Translations under genes and position numbers: made by a program
Source: Candidatus Scalinduaceae bacterium
Lineage (GTDB): Bacteria; Planctomycetota; Brocadiia; Brocadiales; Scalinduaceae
Reading direction: 5' to 3'
Assembly (NCBI GenBank): GCA_046759445.1
Contig: JBHICG010000039.1
Location: forward strand, 1-30,984
Length of the DNA: 30,984 bases
Shown here: positions 8,959-18,658 of the stretch, one piece after another
Numbering within the stretch: position 1 is the first letter of the stretch
Layout of the letters: each line of letters starts with the position of its first letter
The notes under the pieces: model-generated
What the model saw: the letters and a program-made list of their open reading frames with translations, nothing else
What the model was told of the DNA's origin: nothing
The model's database searches: none

Positions 8959-9245
8959 GTTTTCCCGTTTTGCATTTTAACTTCAATTTCCTGGGCCTTA
9001 TAGATAACATGAAAATTTGTTACTATATGCCCCATATCATCCCACAAAAAGCCCGAACCAGTTCCTTGTGGTACCTCTCCATAACATTAAACGAAAAATA
9101 ATCTCGCTGAAACCTTTTGTTTGTTATATAGGCGACAGAAGGAGATACCCTTTCAAAGACTTCTATAGTTGCCTCCTCATCTGCTCCTAAATCACCCACA
9201 GGCTGCGTAACAGAACGCATCTCTACTCGGACCTCAGAAATCTTA
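8902..9245 (-). pseudogene. HtrA/DegP-like serine protease remnant
   Basis: DLGADEEATIEVFERVSPSVAYIT...[frameshift]VPQGTGSGFLWDDMGHIVTNFHVI...ADPDHDLAALRI. Catalytic Ser region and PDZ domain absent. Confidence 0.85.
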
Positions 9246-9249
9246 AAGG

Positions 9250-9512
9250 CAAGGCACTTGTTCCATTTTTTTTTGAGAAATTACCCACCACATTACACTA
9301 AACCACAACGTCGGAGGTTTGCTCGTATCTTGAAATACTGTGCCCACTGTCAGAGAAACTCTATAGCTACAGGACGAACATTTGAACAGCCTTCCAGTCG
9401 GCTATGCTTTAGTATTAAGACAATGAGGACAACAAAAACCTTCTGGCCATTAGGAATTTTAAAAAGTATGTACTTTTTTACTTTAATTCATTCATGTTTT
9501 CAGATATTTATG
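9250..9512 (-). mobile_element. IS1595-family transposase N-terminal remnant
   Basis: WPEGFCCPHC...RLFKCSSCSYRVSLTVGTVFQDTSKPPTLWFSVMWWVISQK/NGTSAL matches the IS1595 Zn-ribbon/HTH N-terminus; contains stops. Confidence 0.8.
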
Positions 9513-9723
9513 TATAAACGCTTGGGTTGAATAAAATCATTGAACCAAAAAGGTTACTTTCTTATAATGTAGTCAAATTGTAGTCGATTCCAACGTAATC
9601 AACAGGAATTGCCAGAATTTTAAAATTCATAACTAATTGTTGAAACAACTTATAGCGATATAACAGACACGAAATCAGGCTGCTATAAGAAACATCAAAA
9701 TACCTTTTTTATCACTAACAAAA

Positions 9724-10749
9724 ATGCGTGTAGCAATGTATTATAATAATAAAGATGTGAGATTAGAGGAGATGCCAGCTCCTCAGATTGGTGCAGGAGA
9801 AGTATTGCTAAAAGTGCTGGCCTGTGGTGTCTGTGGTAGTGATGTAATGGAATGGTATCGAATTAATAAGGCTCCTTTGGTACTTGGTCATGAGGCTACA
9901 GGCGTAATCGTTGAGGTGGGAGAGGGTGTTACTCATTTCAAGAAAGGAGATAGAGTATTCGTTTCTCATCACGTCCCTTGTAATACGTGCCATTACTGTT
10001 TGAGGAGTAACCATACTGTTTGTTATACGTTACGTAGTACGAATTTTGATCCTGGAGGATTTGCTGAATATGTGCGTGTACCACGAATCAACGTAGACAG
10101 GGGAGTATTTCTGCTCCCTGATAATTTATCATTCGAAGATGGAACATTAATTGAGCCTTTGGCCTGTGTGGTTCGTGGGCAAAGATTGGCACGTATAGAA
10201 CCCGGGCATACTGTACTTGTTATCGGCAGTGGTATTTCAGGACTCCTTCATGTGTTATTGGCACGAGCAACAGGGGCTGGAAACGTAATCGCAACGGATG
10301 TTAATGAATATCGTCTAAATATGGCAAAGAAATTTGGGGCTGATGTAGTTATACCTGCTAATGAAGATGTGCCTTCACGCATGCGGGAGTTAAATGACAA
10401 CAGGCTAGCTGACCTAGTGATTGTCTGTACTGGAGCCATTCCTGCCTTAAATACGGCGCTTCAGTCTGTAGATTGTGGAGGTACTGTTATATTTTTTGCA
10501 CCTACAGACCCTGGTGTTAAACTCCCTATCCGGTTTAATGATTTCTGGCGAAATGGATTAACCTTATTATCAACATACGGTGCCAGTCCCATTGACATAA
10601 CAACGGCAATAGAATTGATTAGCTCTAAACGTGTTCCCGTACATGATATGATAACGCAACGTTTAGGACTCGCAGAGACAGGACATGGCTTCAAGCTTGT
10701 TGCCGATGCCAAAGAATCTATAAAAGTAATCATCGAACCTCACAAGTAA
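9724..10749 (+). CDS. Zinc-dependent alcohol/polyol dehydrogenase (MDR, iditol/threonine DH-like)
   Basis: CGVCGSD, LGHE, structural-Zn CNTCHYC...C, GSGISG nucleotide-binding motif. Confidence 0.9.
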   Translation: MRVAMYYNNKDVRLEEMPAPQIGAGEVLLKVLACGVCGSDVMEWYRINKAPLVLGHEATGVIVEVGEGVTHFKKGDRVFVSHHVPCNTCHYCLRSNHTVCYTLRSTNFDPGGFAEYVRVPRINVDRGVFLLPDNLSFEDGTLIEPLACVVRGQRLARIEPGHTVLVIGSGISGLLHVLLARATGAGNVIATDVNEYRLNMAKKFGADVVIPANEDVPSRMRELNDNRLADLVIVCTGAIPALNTALQSVDCGGTVIFFAPTDPGVKLPIRFNDFWRNGLTLLSTYGASPIDITTAIELISSKRVPVHDMITQRLGLAETGHGFKLVADAKESIKVIIEPHK

Positions 10750-10784
10750 CTATAATTTAAAGAAACTCCTTCGTTCTAATAAAT

Positions 10785-11225
10785 TTACCATATCTCATCT
10801 AATAATGGATCATTGTAGGATTCATAACTAGATTCGAACTGTTTTTCAATATTTGCAAGTTTTGTTTCTAGTTTATTGATTCTTTTTGTCATGTCTCTGT
10901 ACACAAGAAAACCCAAAACCAGCAATAAAATTGTATATACGACGACAAATATTGTCGCAGGACTTTCTTTTGATGATGTTGCAGAGGTTTTAGACTTCTT
11001 TCCCAAAATGGTTTCTCGATATTTTTCTGTTACGTCACTAGGTTCATAGATATTTCTTTTTTGCTTTTTATTTTCCGTATTTGATGTATCGACATCATTC
11101 GATTCGGGTAGCTCTTCTGACTTTTTTTCCTGATAATTAACTTCATCATTATTCTGATTATCTTCTTTGTTTTTGCCCTTTAGCCAGCTAAGAGGGTCTG
11201 TGCCGAGCGCTTTTTTCTTGTCCAT
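10785..11225 (-). CDS. Bitopic membrane protein with ParB-like N-terminal peptide (putative ParA partner)
   Basis: RBS AAAAGGAG; MDKKKALGTDPLSWL; charged disordered linker; TM IFVVVYTILLLVLGFLVY; coiled coil RINKLETKLANIEKQF. Confidence 0.7.
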   Translation of the reverse strand: MDKKKALGTDPLSWLKGKNKEDNQNNDEVNYQEKKSEELPESNDVDTSNTENKKQKRNIYEPSDVTEKYRETILGKKSKTSATSSKESPATIFVVVYTILLLVLGFLVYRDMTKRINKLETKLANIEKQFESSYESYNDPLLDEIW

Positions 11226-11418
11226 AAGAACTCCTTTTTATGAATTTAATATTTAAGACAAGCTCTCAAACCTTTGAACAAATCACCCTCAACAAATTCA
11301 TTCTTGGAAAACACAAACCTGTCTGCTTATTGTGAAAAGAATTACCTGCTAAACTCTAAAAAACAACGATCTGTTTTTAAGAATAATATAACATATTTAG
11401 CAACAAGTTATAGCATTT

Positions 11419-12237
11419 CTATCTGAGAGCATGCTCTTTAACCTGTGATATATGCCCTATATTTGTATTAGAATTCTTTTTTTGCTGAGAAATTATTTCT
11501 TTTGTTAATGCCATATAATCTTGCGCTCCTTTGGAATCAGGGGCATATACCATAACCGGCATACCATGACTTGGAGATTCTGAGAGTTTAATATTTTTTC
11601 TAATCATGGTATTAAATACCTTATCATTGAAATACTCTTTGATCTTTTGAAGGACTTCATTTCCTAATTTTGTCCTGCTATCATACATACAAGGGATTAT
11701 TCCTGTTATCTCAAGGGATTCATTTAACCGTTTTTTTATAATCTCAAATGTTTGTAACAACTTGCTTACACCTTGTAAAGCAAAGAATTCAGTTTGTAAG
11801 GGAATAAATATTTCTTTAACCATAGTCAATGCATTCAGGGTTAGAAGACCCATGGAAGGTGGGCAGTCAATTAACACATAATCATATTTATTTAAAAAGT
11901 CATTAAGATAAAACTTAATTATTGTTTCCCGTCCTACCATATTAACGAGTTCTATCTCGGCGCTTGCAAGATCAATATTAGAAGGAATCAAATCCAAACC
12001 GCTTACTGACGTCTTCTTTAAAACTTCACGAGCATTTTTTTTCCCGTTTATTATTTGATAAATGGAGAGATCAATATTATGGACGTCAATGCCAAGGTGA
12101 ATACTAAGGTTAGCTTGAGGGTCTAGGTCTATTAGTAATACTTTCTTACCGAGCAGGGCGAGACATGCCCCAACGTTTGCAGTGGAAGTTGTTTTTCCAA
12201 CACCACCCTTCTGATTTATGAAAGCAATACTGCGCAT
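11419..12237 (-). CDS. parA: ParA/Soj family ATPase
   Basis: NQKGGVGKTT deviant Walker A; LIDLDPQAN; YDYVLIDCPPS; PLQTEFFALQG; IRKNIKLSESPSHG. Confidence 0.93.
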   Translation of the reverse strand: MRSIAFINQKGGVGKTTSTANVGACLALLGKKVLLIDLDPQANLSIHLGIDVHNIDLSIYQIINGKKNAREVLKKTSVSGLDLIPSNIDLASAEIELVNMVGRETIIKFYLNDFLNKYDYVLIDCPPSMGLLTLNALTMVKEIFIPLQTEFFALQGVSKLLQTFEIIKKRLNESLEITGIIPCMYDSRTKLGNEVLQKIKEYFNDKVFNTMIRKNIKLSESPSHGMPVMVYAPDSKGAQDYMALTKEIISQQKKNSNTNIGHISQVKEHALR

Positions 12238-12467
12238 CCCTTCCCCCTATTAAACGTGCATTATGCTAAATATATATCAAAAAGATTCTAAACATGCAAA
12301 ATATAGTTTGTCAAGTGAATTATATAAAAACTGGATAAATTAAGCAGCTTTTGTTATAAATTATATATTATAATTTGGTTTAGTTTTGATAAGTCAGATT
12401 ATTCTATTCTGATGAAAATAAGAGTAAATGACATAATTAAAAAGTTTTTGAAGATTGTAAATGATAA

Positions 12468-12965
12468 ATGCGAATATATATCCACATAAATCGAAATTGC
12501 CGGAATAAGAACATGGTTATGATAATTAATATTATGATGACTGCATTTATCGTGTTTTTCGCTTTTTCTTGTGGGAAGGTTGAAAAATATGAGAAAGCAG
12601 TTACAAAGGAAGAAGAGATATCATCTAAAATTCCGTATAAAAGTGAGACAAAATTTAAGATGCATATGAAATCTCTCGAGGATTTTTATGATAATCTGGA
12701 AAAAGCGATAGATAGACAGAGATGGGAGGAAATACGCGAATATGCGATACAGATGAAAAATACATCTCCAGTAGTATTAACGGGTAATAGGAGGGAAGAG
12801 TTGCCACAGGATTTTATTATGATGGATACCAGTTTCCATCTTCATACACTTGCTTTGGTAGAGGCATCTGAATCAAGGGAGATGGTTAAATTAAATATTG
12901 AATTTGAAAAAGTAAAACAGTCATGTGACGATTGTCATGAGAAATATAAAAAGAAAGAGTCATAA
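12468..12965 (+). CDS. Class II cytochrome c (c'/c556-like), probable lipoprotein
   Basis: Single C-terminal heme motif SCDDCHEKYK on an all-helical protein; hydrophobic N-terminus ending FAFSC. Start could be 12513. Confidence 0.8.
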   Translation: MRIYIHINRNCRNKNMVMIINIMMTAFIVFFAFSCGKVEKYEKAVTKEEEISSKIPYKSETKFKMHMKSLEDFYDNLEKAIDRQRWEEIREYAIQMKNTSPVVLTGNRREELPQDFIMMDTSFHLHTLALVEASESREMVKLNIEFEKVKQSCDDCHEKYKKKES

Positions 12966-13044
12966 CCTAAATTGAGCGATTATATATTATATGATATTGT
13001 AGGCGCAACATTGAGGTTGCGCCTACAATATCGCTCAATTTAGG
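12966..13044. repeat. Palindromic MITE/REP element
   Basis: 15-bp TIR CCTAAATTGAGCGAT/ATCGCTCAATTTAGG around a GATATTGTAGGCGCAAC...GTTGCGCCTACAATATC hairpin. Confidence 0.75.
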
Positions 13045-13131
13045 CATAAATAAAAAGTACAGTTAAAGGAATTACGATCAAAGATGTTCCAAAATTAAAA
13101 AAACGTTTAGAAAAGATTAGGGAGAATCTTG

Positions 13132-14466
13132 ATGATAAATATGGGACAGAAAATCCTGTGTAGTAATCAAAATAAAATTAAAATGCAAAATTTGATGCTA
13201 AGAAATATTATATATGTCATCCTAGCAATTGTTGTCGTGTTTTTAATATGTAATAATGTCGTGGCACAAGGAAAAATGTTTAAGAATAAAATATTCACAC
13301 CTCCTGTGGTGGTATCTCGTATTATTCAAATGGATGTTAAGCAACCCGTCAAAATGGTTGGGACGGTTTTCCCTTTTAGGGAGAGCATTGTCGCCGGTGA
13401 AATAGATGGGTTAGTGGTGGAATTTCCTGTTAAAAGGGGTGATTATGTTAAGTATGGGCAGGTATTAGCAAAACTCAAAACGAAAACCCTGGAGATTGAA
13501 CTTAAAGGCGCTGAAGCAGAACTTGGGGAGAAGAGGGCTTCTATAGGAGAAGCAGAGGCCTCGGAACATCTTGCCCTGATAGAATATCAGCGAGCTAAGG
13601 AACTTCATGAAAGCGGAACAATTTCTTCGTCGGAGTTTGATGAGTTTGAGACTAAGTATGACCAGGCAAGAGAGGGTCATAAAAAAGAAAAAGCTAGTCT
13701 AGCCGTTCAAGAAGCAGAAGTAGAGAAGATTCAGGAAGATATTAACAAGTGCACAATTCTGGCGCCTTTTGATGGCAGGATAACGGAAGAGTATATTGAG
13801 GTAGGCCAATGGATTGATCAGGGAGACAGAGTTGTTTCAATGATAGAAATGGATTATGTTAAGGTTAGAGTTCCGGTTCCGGAAAAGTATATACAAAAAT
13901 TTAAAGTTGGAGATGAGTGCAAGGTAAGTTTATCAGCGCTGGATGGCATGATGAGGAAAGGCAATATAATACATATAGTACCTCAAGCAAATTCGCGTGG
14001 AAGAACTTTCCCCGTTTATATCAAACTCGATAACAAGGATGAAATGATTAAGAGTGGTATGTTTGCAGAGGCAACCTTTGAAATAGGACCTTTATTAACA
14101 GCAACAATGATTTTGAAGGATGCTGTTGTAAGGCGTGGAGGCAAAGCAATAATTTATTTAGCAGTAGACGGTAAAGCGGTAGAAGTGCCAGTACGGACAG
14201 GTGTTTCTCACGAGAACTTGATACAAGTTATTGGTGACGTAAAACCTGGTCTCGACGTGATAGTAAGGGGTAACGAGCGTTTGCGAAATACACAGAAAAT
14301 CAAAGTAACCGGGAGATTAGACCCTGATATCCAACTTGATAGTACAAAAAAGCCATTATGGACACAGATGAAAGGCCAAAAAACGAAGGGGGAAGAAAGA
14401 CGAGGGATGAGAGAAGAAGGAGGATGGATGAAAGATGAGATGCGGGAGATTGGAGACGAGAAATGA
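13132..14466 (+). CDS. RND efflux periplasmic adaptor (membrane fusion protein)
   Basis: EIDGLV.EFPVKRGDYVK.GQVLAKL, coiled-coil hairpin, ILAPFDGRI, IKSGMFAE. RBS GGGAGA before ATG 13132. Confidence 0.92.
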   Translation: MINMGQKILCSNQNKIKMQNLMLRNIIYVILAIVVVFLICNNVVAQGKMFKNKIFTPPVVVSRIIQMDVKQPVKMVGTVFPFRESIVAGEIDGLVVEFPVKRGDYVKYGQVLAKLKTKTLEIELKGAEAELGEKRASIGEAEASEHLALIEYQRAKELHESGTISSSEFDEFETKYDQAREGHKKEKASLAVQEAEVEKIQEDINKCTILAPFDGRITEEYIEVGQWIDQGDRVVSMIEMDYVKVRVPVPEKYIQKFKVGDECKVSLSALDGMMRKGNIIHIVPQANSRGRTFPVYIKLDNKDEMIKSGMFAEATFEIGPLLTATMILKDAVVRRGGKAIIYLAVDGKAVEVPVRTGVSHENLIQVIGDVKPGLDVIVRGNERLRNTQKIKVTGRLDPDIQLDSTKKPLWTQMKGQKTKGEERRGMREEGGWMKDEMREIGDEK

Positions 14467-14560
14467 GGGGGAGAAAGACGAAAAGGATAAATAGTGTGAC
14501 TGATTTAGAGGTTCATGAGTTTGCCCTTTAATCAGCTATGGAGTTATTTGCAAAGCTTAT
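14463..14560 (+). pseudogene. Four-helix-bundle (23S rRNA IVP/bAvd-like) protein N-terminal remnant
   Basis: MRGRKTKRINSVTDLEVHEFAL*SAMELF resembles the family's 'I.S..DLEVY..A...AM.IF' start; preceded by purine-rich short repeats. Confidence 0.55.
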
Positions 14561-14750
14561 TACGGTCGTCATAGTAAGTCACAAAGACGTATGTACGATG
14601 ATCGTTTATCGTTGATCATGAATAAAAAAGCAGTGTTAATTGTGTTCTATTTTATAGGGTACGTTTCCCAGTTCTGCATAGTTCTGACCTGCCCGACTAT
14701 GTTGTTCGAGCGGGCAATCGTGCCAAATTGTAACTGATTGAATTCCCAGC

Positions 14751-14826
14751 GAATCCCGTGATACAGGACGTAAGCGGGGGCTTTCCTTCCGGAGCTTCAA
14801 TTCCTCTCTCTCTTGGGAGGATTCCA
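14751..14826 (+). repeat. Dispersed repeat shared with 21442-21520
   Basis: GAATCCCGTGATACAGGACGTAAGCGGGGG...GGAGGATTCCA versus GAATTCCGTAATACGGGACGTAATCAGGGGG...GGAGGAATCCA. Confidence 0.55.
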
Positions 14827-14877
14827 GATCCTATTTCGTATTAAATCAAGAAGTTGGCGATTGAAAGGAGCTAAGTT

Positions 14878-17800
14878 CTGAAGATAATAGAATATTCAAC
14901 GCACAATCCAGTAAAGGTATCAGTTGGAGCAATATTCTTGTTAATTTTTGGCCTCATTGCATTATTCCACATTCCCGTTCAGCTAGTTCCAGATGTAGAA
15001 AGGCCACAGATTACAGTAGAGACTCGCTGGATTGGAACAAGTCCAGAAGAAGTCGAGCAAGAGATAATTCATGAGCAAGAGGAAATGCTGAAAAGTGTTG
15101 AAAACCTCCGAAAACTAACTTCTAAAAGTTTCAATGGACGTGGAGAGATATTACTGGAATTTCATGTTGGTGTAGATAAAGATGCTGCCCTTCTGGATGT
15201 AGCTAATAAATTGAATCAAGTTAAGGAATATCCAGAGAATGTGGATGAGCCGGTCATAAGCGCCGTAAATACAAGCGACCGTCCTATAGCGTGGTTTACG
15301 TTAAGGGCTTTGCCAGGAAACGATATTGACATTAATACCCTCAGGGACTTTGCGGAAGACCATATCGAGTCGCGGTTCGAAAGGGTGCCAGGCGTTGCCA
15401 ATAGCAATATCTTTGGAGGAGCTGAGAGGGAGATGCAGGTTATAATAGACCCGCATACACTTGCAAGTCGAGAATTGACGATTATGGATGTTCGCAGCGC
15501 TCTGCTTTCTTCTAACACTAACGTAAGTGGCGGAGATATTGATGAAGGTAAAAACAGATTCGTAGTGCGAACTCTCGGACAATTTAAGTCTATTGAGGAA
15601 ATAGAAAATCTGGTTATTACCAGACGAGACGATATTCCCGTTTATGTAAGGGACGTGGCCAAAGTACAATTAGGTTACAAAAGGCTCCCGTCATTTGTAA
15701 GGCAAAAAAACGAACAATCTATTGCCGTAAATGCACAGAGGGAGGTCGGTGCTAATGTATTAACCGTTATGGTAGGGTTGAGAGAGGCGTGTCGTGAATT
15801 AAATAAAAGGTTACTGAAAGATAGAGGTTTAGAATTAGAACAGGTTTACGATGAAACCGATTATATAAAGTCTTCAATAAATCTGGTGCGTCAGAACCTC
15901 GTTGTCGGTGGTATACTTGCAGTCACAGTATTATTATTATTCCTTAGAAGCTGGCGCAGTACACTCGTAATCGGACTGGCTATACCCATTAGTGCAATTG
16001 GCACCTTTCTTATGGTTACACTTTTGGGTCGATCACTTAACGTGATAAGTCTGGCGGGGATAGCATTTGCAATAGGTATGGTGCTTGACAGTGCCATCGT
16101 TGTGTTAGAAAATATTTACCGTCATTGGCAATCTGGAGAGAGTCCATTCCAGGCGGCATATAGAGGAACTACAGAGGTCTGGGGTGCTATACTAGCATCC
16201 ACGCTGACTACCGTAGGTGTATTTATTCCCGTAATCCTTGTCGAACAAGAGGTGGGGCAATTATTCAGGGACATTGCAATAGCCATAAGCTTTGCTGTAA
16301 GCCTTTCTCTCGTTGTTGCTATTACGGTGATTCCAACTGCGGCAGCGAGAATTCTTTCCCAAAGGAATAAAGGCAAGACCTCTGAACATACAAACACCCC
16401 GAGCAGTAAAAGTCGATTGGAATCGTTTGGAAGTTTTCTAAATGATATTATCATAAAAATTGTAAATTATTTGACAAATGGTTTAACTAGACGATTAGTG
16501 ATAATTGTTGGTTTAACGGCCATGTCAATATTTATCACGTGGTGGATGATGCCAGAAATGGAATACTTGCCGGAGGGCAATCGTAATTTGGTTATAGCTA
16601 TAATGTTACCACCACCCGGTTATAGTTTGGAAGAGCAAGGAGCAGTTGGCCTGATGCTTGAAAAAGAACTGAGCCCTTATTGGTTTGCTAAAAAGGGAAG
16701 TAGAGAGGCGGAAATGTTGGATGGCCCTCCCATCAAACATGCATTTTTCGTTTCTCGTGGAAGATTTGTTTTTATGGGTGTCTTGTCAGAAGAACCTCAA
16801 CGGGCTGCGGAACTTATTCCTGTTCTTCAACGAGCGTGTGCCAAGGTTCCTGGAATGATTACGATTGTTCAGCAGTCAAGCCTGTTTGAACGGACATTGA
16901 GTGGCGGTCGCACAATAGATATTGAGCTTACGGGGCCGGATTTGAATCGATTAATAAATTTTGGTGCGCAGGTATTTGGTCAGGTGAATGAGATTTTTCC
17001 TCCTGGTACGCAGGCTCGTCCTGTACCCAGTCTCGAACTTGGAAGTCCTGAATTACAGATCAGGCCATTATGGGAGCATGCAACGGACCTTGGGTTAACG
17101 GCCGCTGATATTGGATATATTGCTGATGCCCTTATAGATGGGGCTTATGCTGGTGATTACTGGCACCATGGAGACAAGATAGACCTTGTTATCCTGGGAC
17201 AAGGCAAATATATTGAACGTACACAGGATCTAGAGCATATATTTATTTATACTCCAACAGGAAATTATGTGCCCCTAAATACAGTGGCAGATATTACGGT
17301 AGGTGAGGGGCCAGAAGAGATAGATCACATTGAAAGAGAGCGTTCTATTGTAGTTCAGGTAATTCCGCCTCGCACAATGCCACTTGAAAGAGCCATCAAG
17401 CTTATTGATACGCAAATTATTATGCCTATGACAGAACGTGGTTTACTCGGTGGATTGTATAAGGCTAATCTGGCGGGGACAGCCGATAAACTGCAAGAAG
17501 CGCGTAAGGCGTTGCAGTGGAACTTTATTCTGGCTATTATAATCTCATATCTATTGATGGCAGCGCTTTTTGAGTCATTCTTGTATCCAATTGTCATAAT
17601 GTTTAGCGTGCCTTTAGCATCTGTTGGAGGGTTTGCGGGGCTAGCGCTTCTGAACCAATTTACACTGCAGCCGATGGATGTGCTTACTATGCTGGGTTTT
17701 GTTATATTGATAGGGACTGTCATAAACAATGCTATCTTGATAGTACATCAGACACTCAATAATATGCGTGGTGAAGATATGGAACCACGTCGGGCGCTTA

Positions 17801-18045
17801 TAGAAAGTGTGAGGACGCGCATCCGTCCAATATTCATGAGTGTGGGGACAACGGTCTTTGGCATGTTGCCATTGGTATTATTTCCAGGTGCAGGAAGCGA
17901 GCTATATCGTGGTCTTGGTAGTGTAGTGCTAGCTGGTCTTATCGTTTCAACTATCTTTACACTATTTCTCATTCCTTCACTTTTTAGTTTAGTTATGGAT
18001 GTTAAGATGCGTCTATTCCGTAAGAATGTTGAGGGCGAAGTATAA
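14878..18045 (+). CDS. RND efflux transporter permease (AcrB/AcrD/AcrF family), apparent CTG start
   Basis: About 1055 aa; LNVISLAGIAFAIGMVLDSAIVVLENIYRH; GTVINNAIL; RIRPIFMS. Frame extends to CTG 14878 after RBS AAGGAG, with an in-frame TAA just upstream. Confidence 0.93.
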   Translation: MKIIEYSTHNPVKVSVGAIFLLIFGLIALFHIPVQLVPDVERPQITVETRWIGTSPEEVEQEIIHEQEEMLKSVENLRKLTSKSFNGRGEILLEFHVGVDKDAALLDVANKLNQVKEYPENVDEPVISAVNTSDRPIAWFTLRALPGNDIDINTLRDFAEDHIESRFERVPGVANSNIFGGAEREMQVIIDPHTLASRELTIMDVRSALLSSNTNVSGGDIDEGKNRFVVRTLGQFKSIEEIENLVITRRDDIPVYVRDVAKVQLGYKRLPSFVRQKNEQSIAVNAQREVGANVLTVMVGLREACRELNKRLLKDRGLELEQVYDETDYIKSSINLVRQNLVVGGILAVTVLLLFLRSWRSTLVIGLAIPISAIGTFLMVTLLGRSLNVISLAGIAFAIGMVLDSAIVVLENIYRHWQSGESPFQAAYRGTTEVWGAILASTLTTVGVFIPVILVEQEVGQLFRDIAIAISFAVSLSLVVAITVIPTAAARILSQRNKGKTSEHTNTPSSKSRLESFGSFLNDIIIKIVNYLTNGLTRRLVIIVGLTAMSIFITWWMMPEMEYLPEGNRNLVIAIMLPPPGYSLEEQGAVGLMLEKELSPYWFAKKGSREAEMLDGPPIKHAFFVSRGRFVFMGVLSEEPQRAAELIPVLQRACAKVPGMITIVQQSSLFERTLSGGRTIDIELTGPDLNRLINFGAQVFGQVNEIFPPGTQARPVPSLELGSPELQIRPLWEHATDLGLTAADIGYIADALIDGAYAGDYWHHGDKIDLVILGQGKYIERTQDLEHIFIYTPTGNYVPLNTVADITVGEGPEEIDHIERERSIVVQVIPPRTMPLERAIKLIDTQIIMPMTERGLLGGLYKANLAGTADKLQEARKALQWNFILAIIISYLLMAALFESFLYPIVIMFSVPLASVGGFAGLALLNQFTLQPMDVLTMLGFVILIGTVINNAILIVHQTLNNMRGEDMEPRRALIESVRTRIRPIFMSVGTTVFGMLPLVLFPGAGSELYRGLGSVVLAGLIVSTIFTLFLIPSLFSLVMDVKMRLFRKNVEGEV

Positions 18046-18132
18046 TACCCTACCAGAGCTTTCTAACGGATCTCCCTTAATTTCAACACGGTTTACCACT
18101 ACAATTAAAAAAGGAGTCGAGGGGATGAACGG

Positions 18133-18647
18133 TTAACATAAAACTGAAATAACCGCTCCAAACCGAGAGCGCACGAGTCGGTAGATATAAAAGGTAGCCA
18201 CAATCACAAGCAATAATTCAACAAGAGCCACAATCAATCCATATTCATTCGGATTCCAGTAAGAAATGGGGCCACTAAAACGATAATCACTTAAGGGGAA
18301 AAAGTGCCTATGTGCATCGCTGGTGTGTACCGGCAAATCGAAAGAAGAGTGTAGCAACATACTGTAACAAAAAATCTTTATCTTGTCGCAACTGCCAAAC
18401 AGATTAAGATGAGAGGAAAAGAATGGAATGTATCAAAAATATTTTGACAGAAGGGTTCAAAATATATTTCTCGCCAGATATGTGGTTCAGGTAAATGATA
18501 AATAAATTTTGACACGAGGCAGAAAACAAATGCAGGGATAGGGATGTCAGGTAAAATCGCTCCTATCGCAATAGAGATATTTAAGTGTGTATGCTGTTTT
18601 CGGCCGAGAATAGCAAGGTTGATAATAGCGTGACTGGGTGTATTCAT
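18133..18647 (-). pseudogene. Membrane-bound metal-dependent hydrolase-like protein (YdjM-like), split
   Basis: MNTPSH..GAILPDIP..FHSF in one frame and LLHSSFDLPVH.SDAHRHFFPLSDYRF.GPISYW in another; break near 18360-18380. Confidence 0.7.
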
Positions 18648-18658
18648 GATCTTCAGTC

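Noticed and set aside
9258..9530. 90-aa plus-strand ORF
   Set aside because: Antisense shadow of the IS1595 remnant.
15216..17972. Several antisense ORFs within the RND permease (likewise within yyaL, ribD, nitroreductase, dehydrogenase)
   Set aside because: Shadow frames of well-supported genes, with no motifs.
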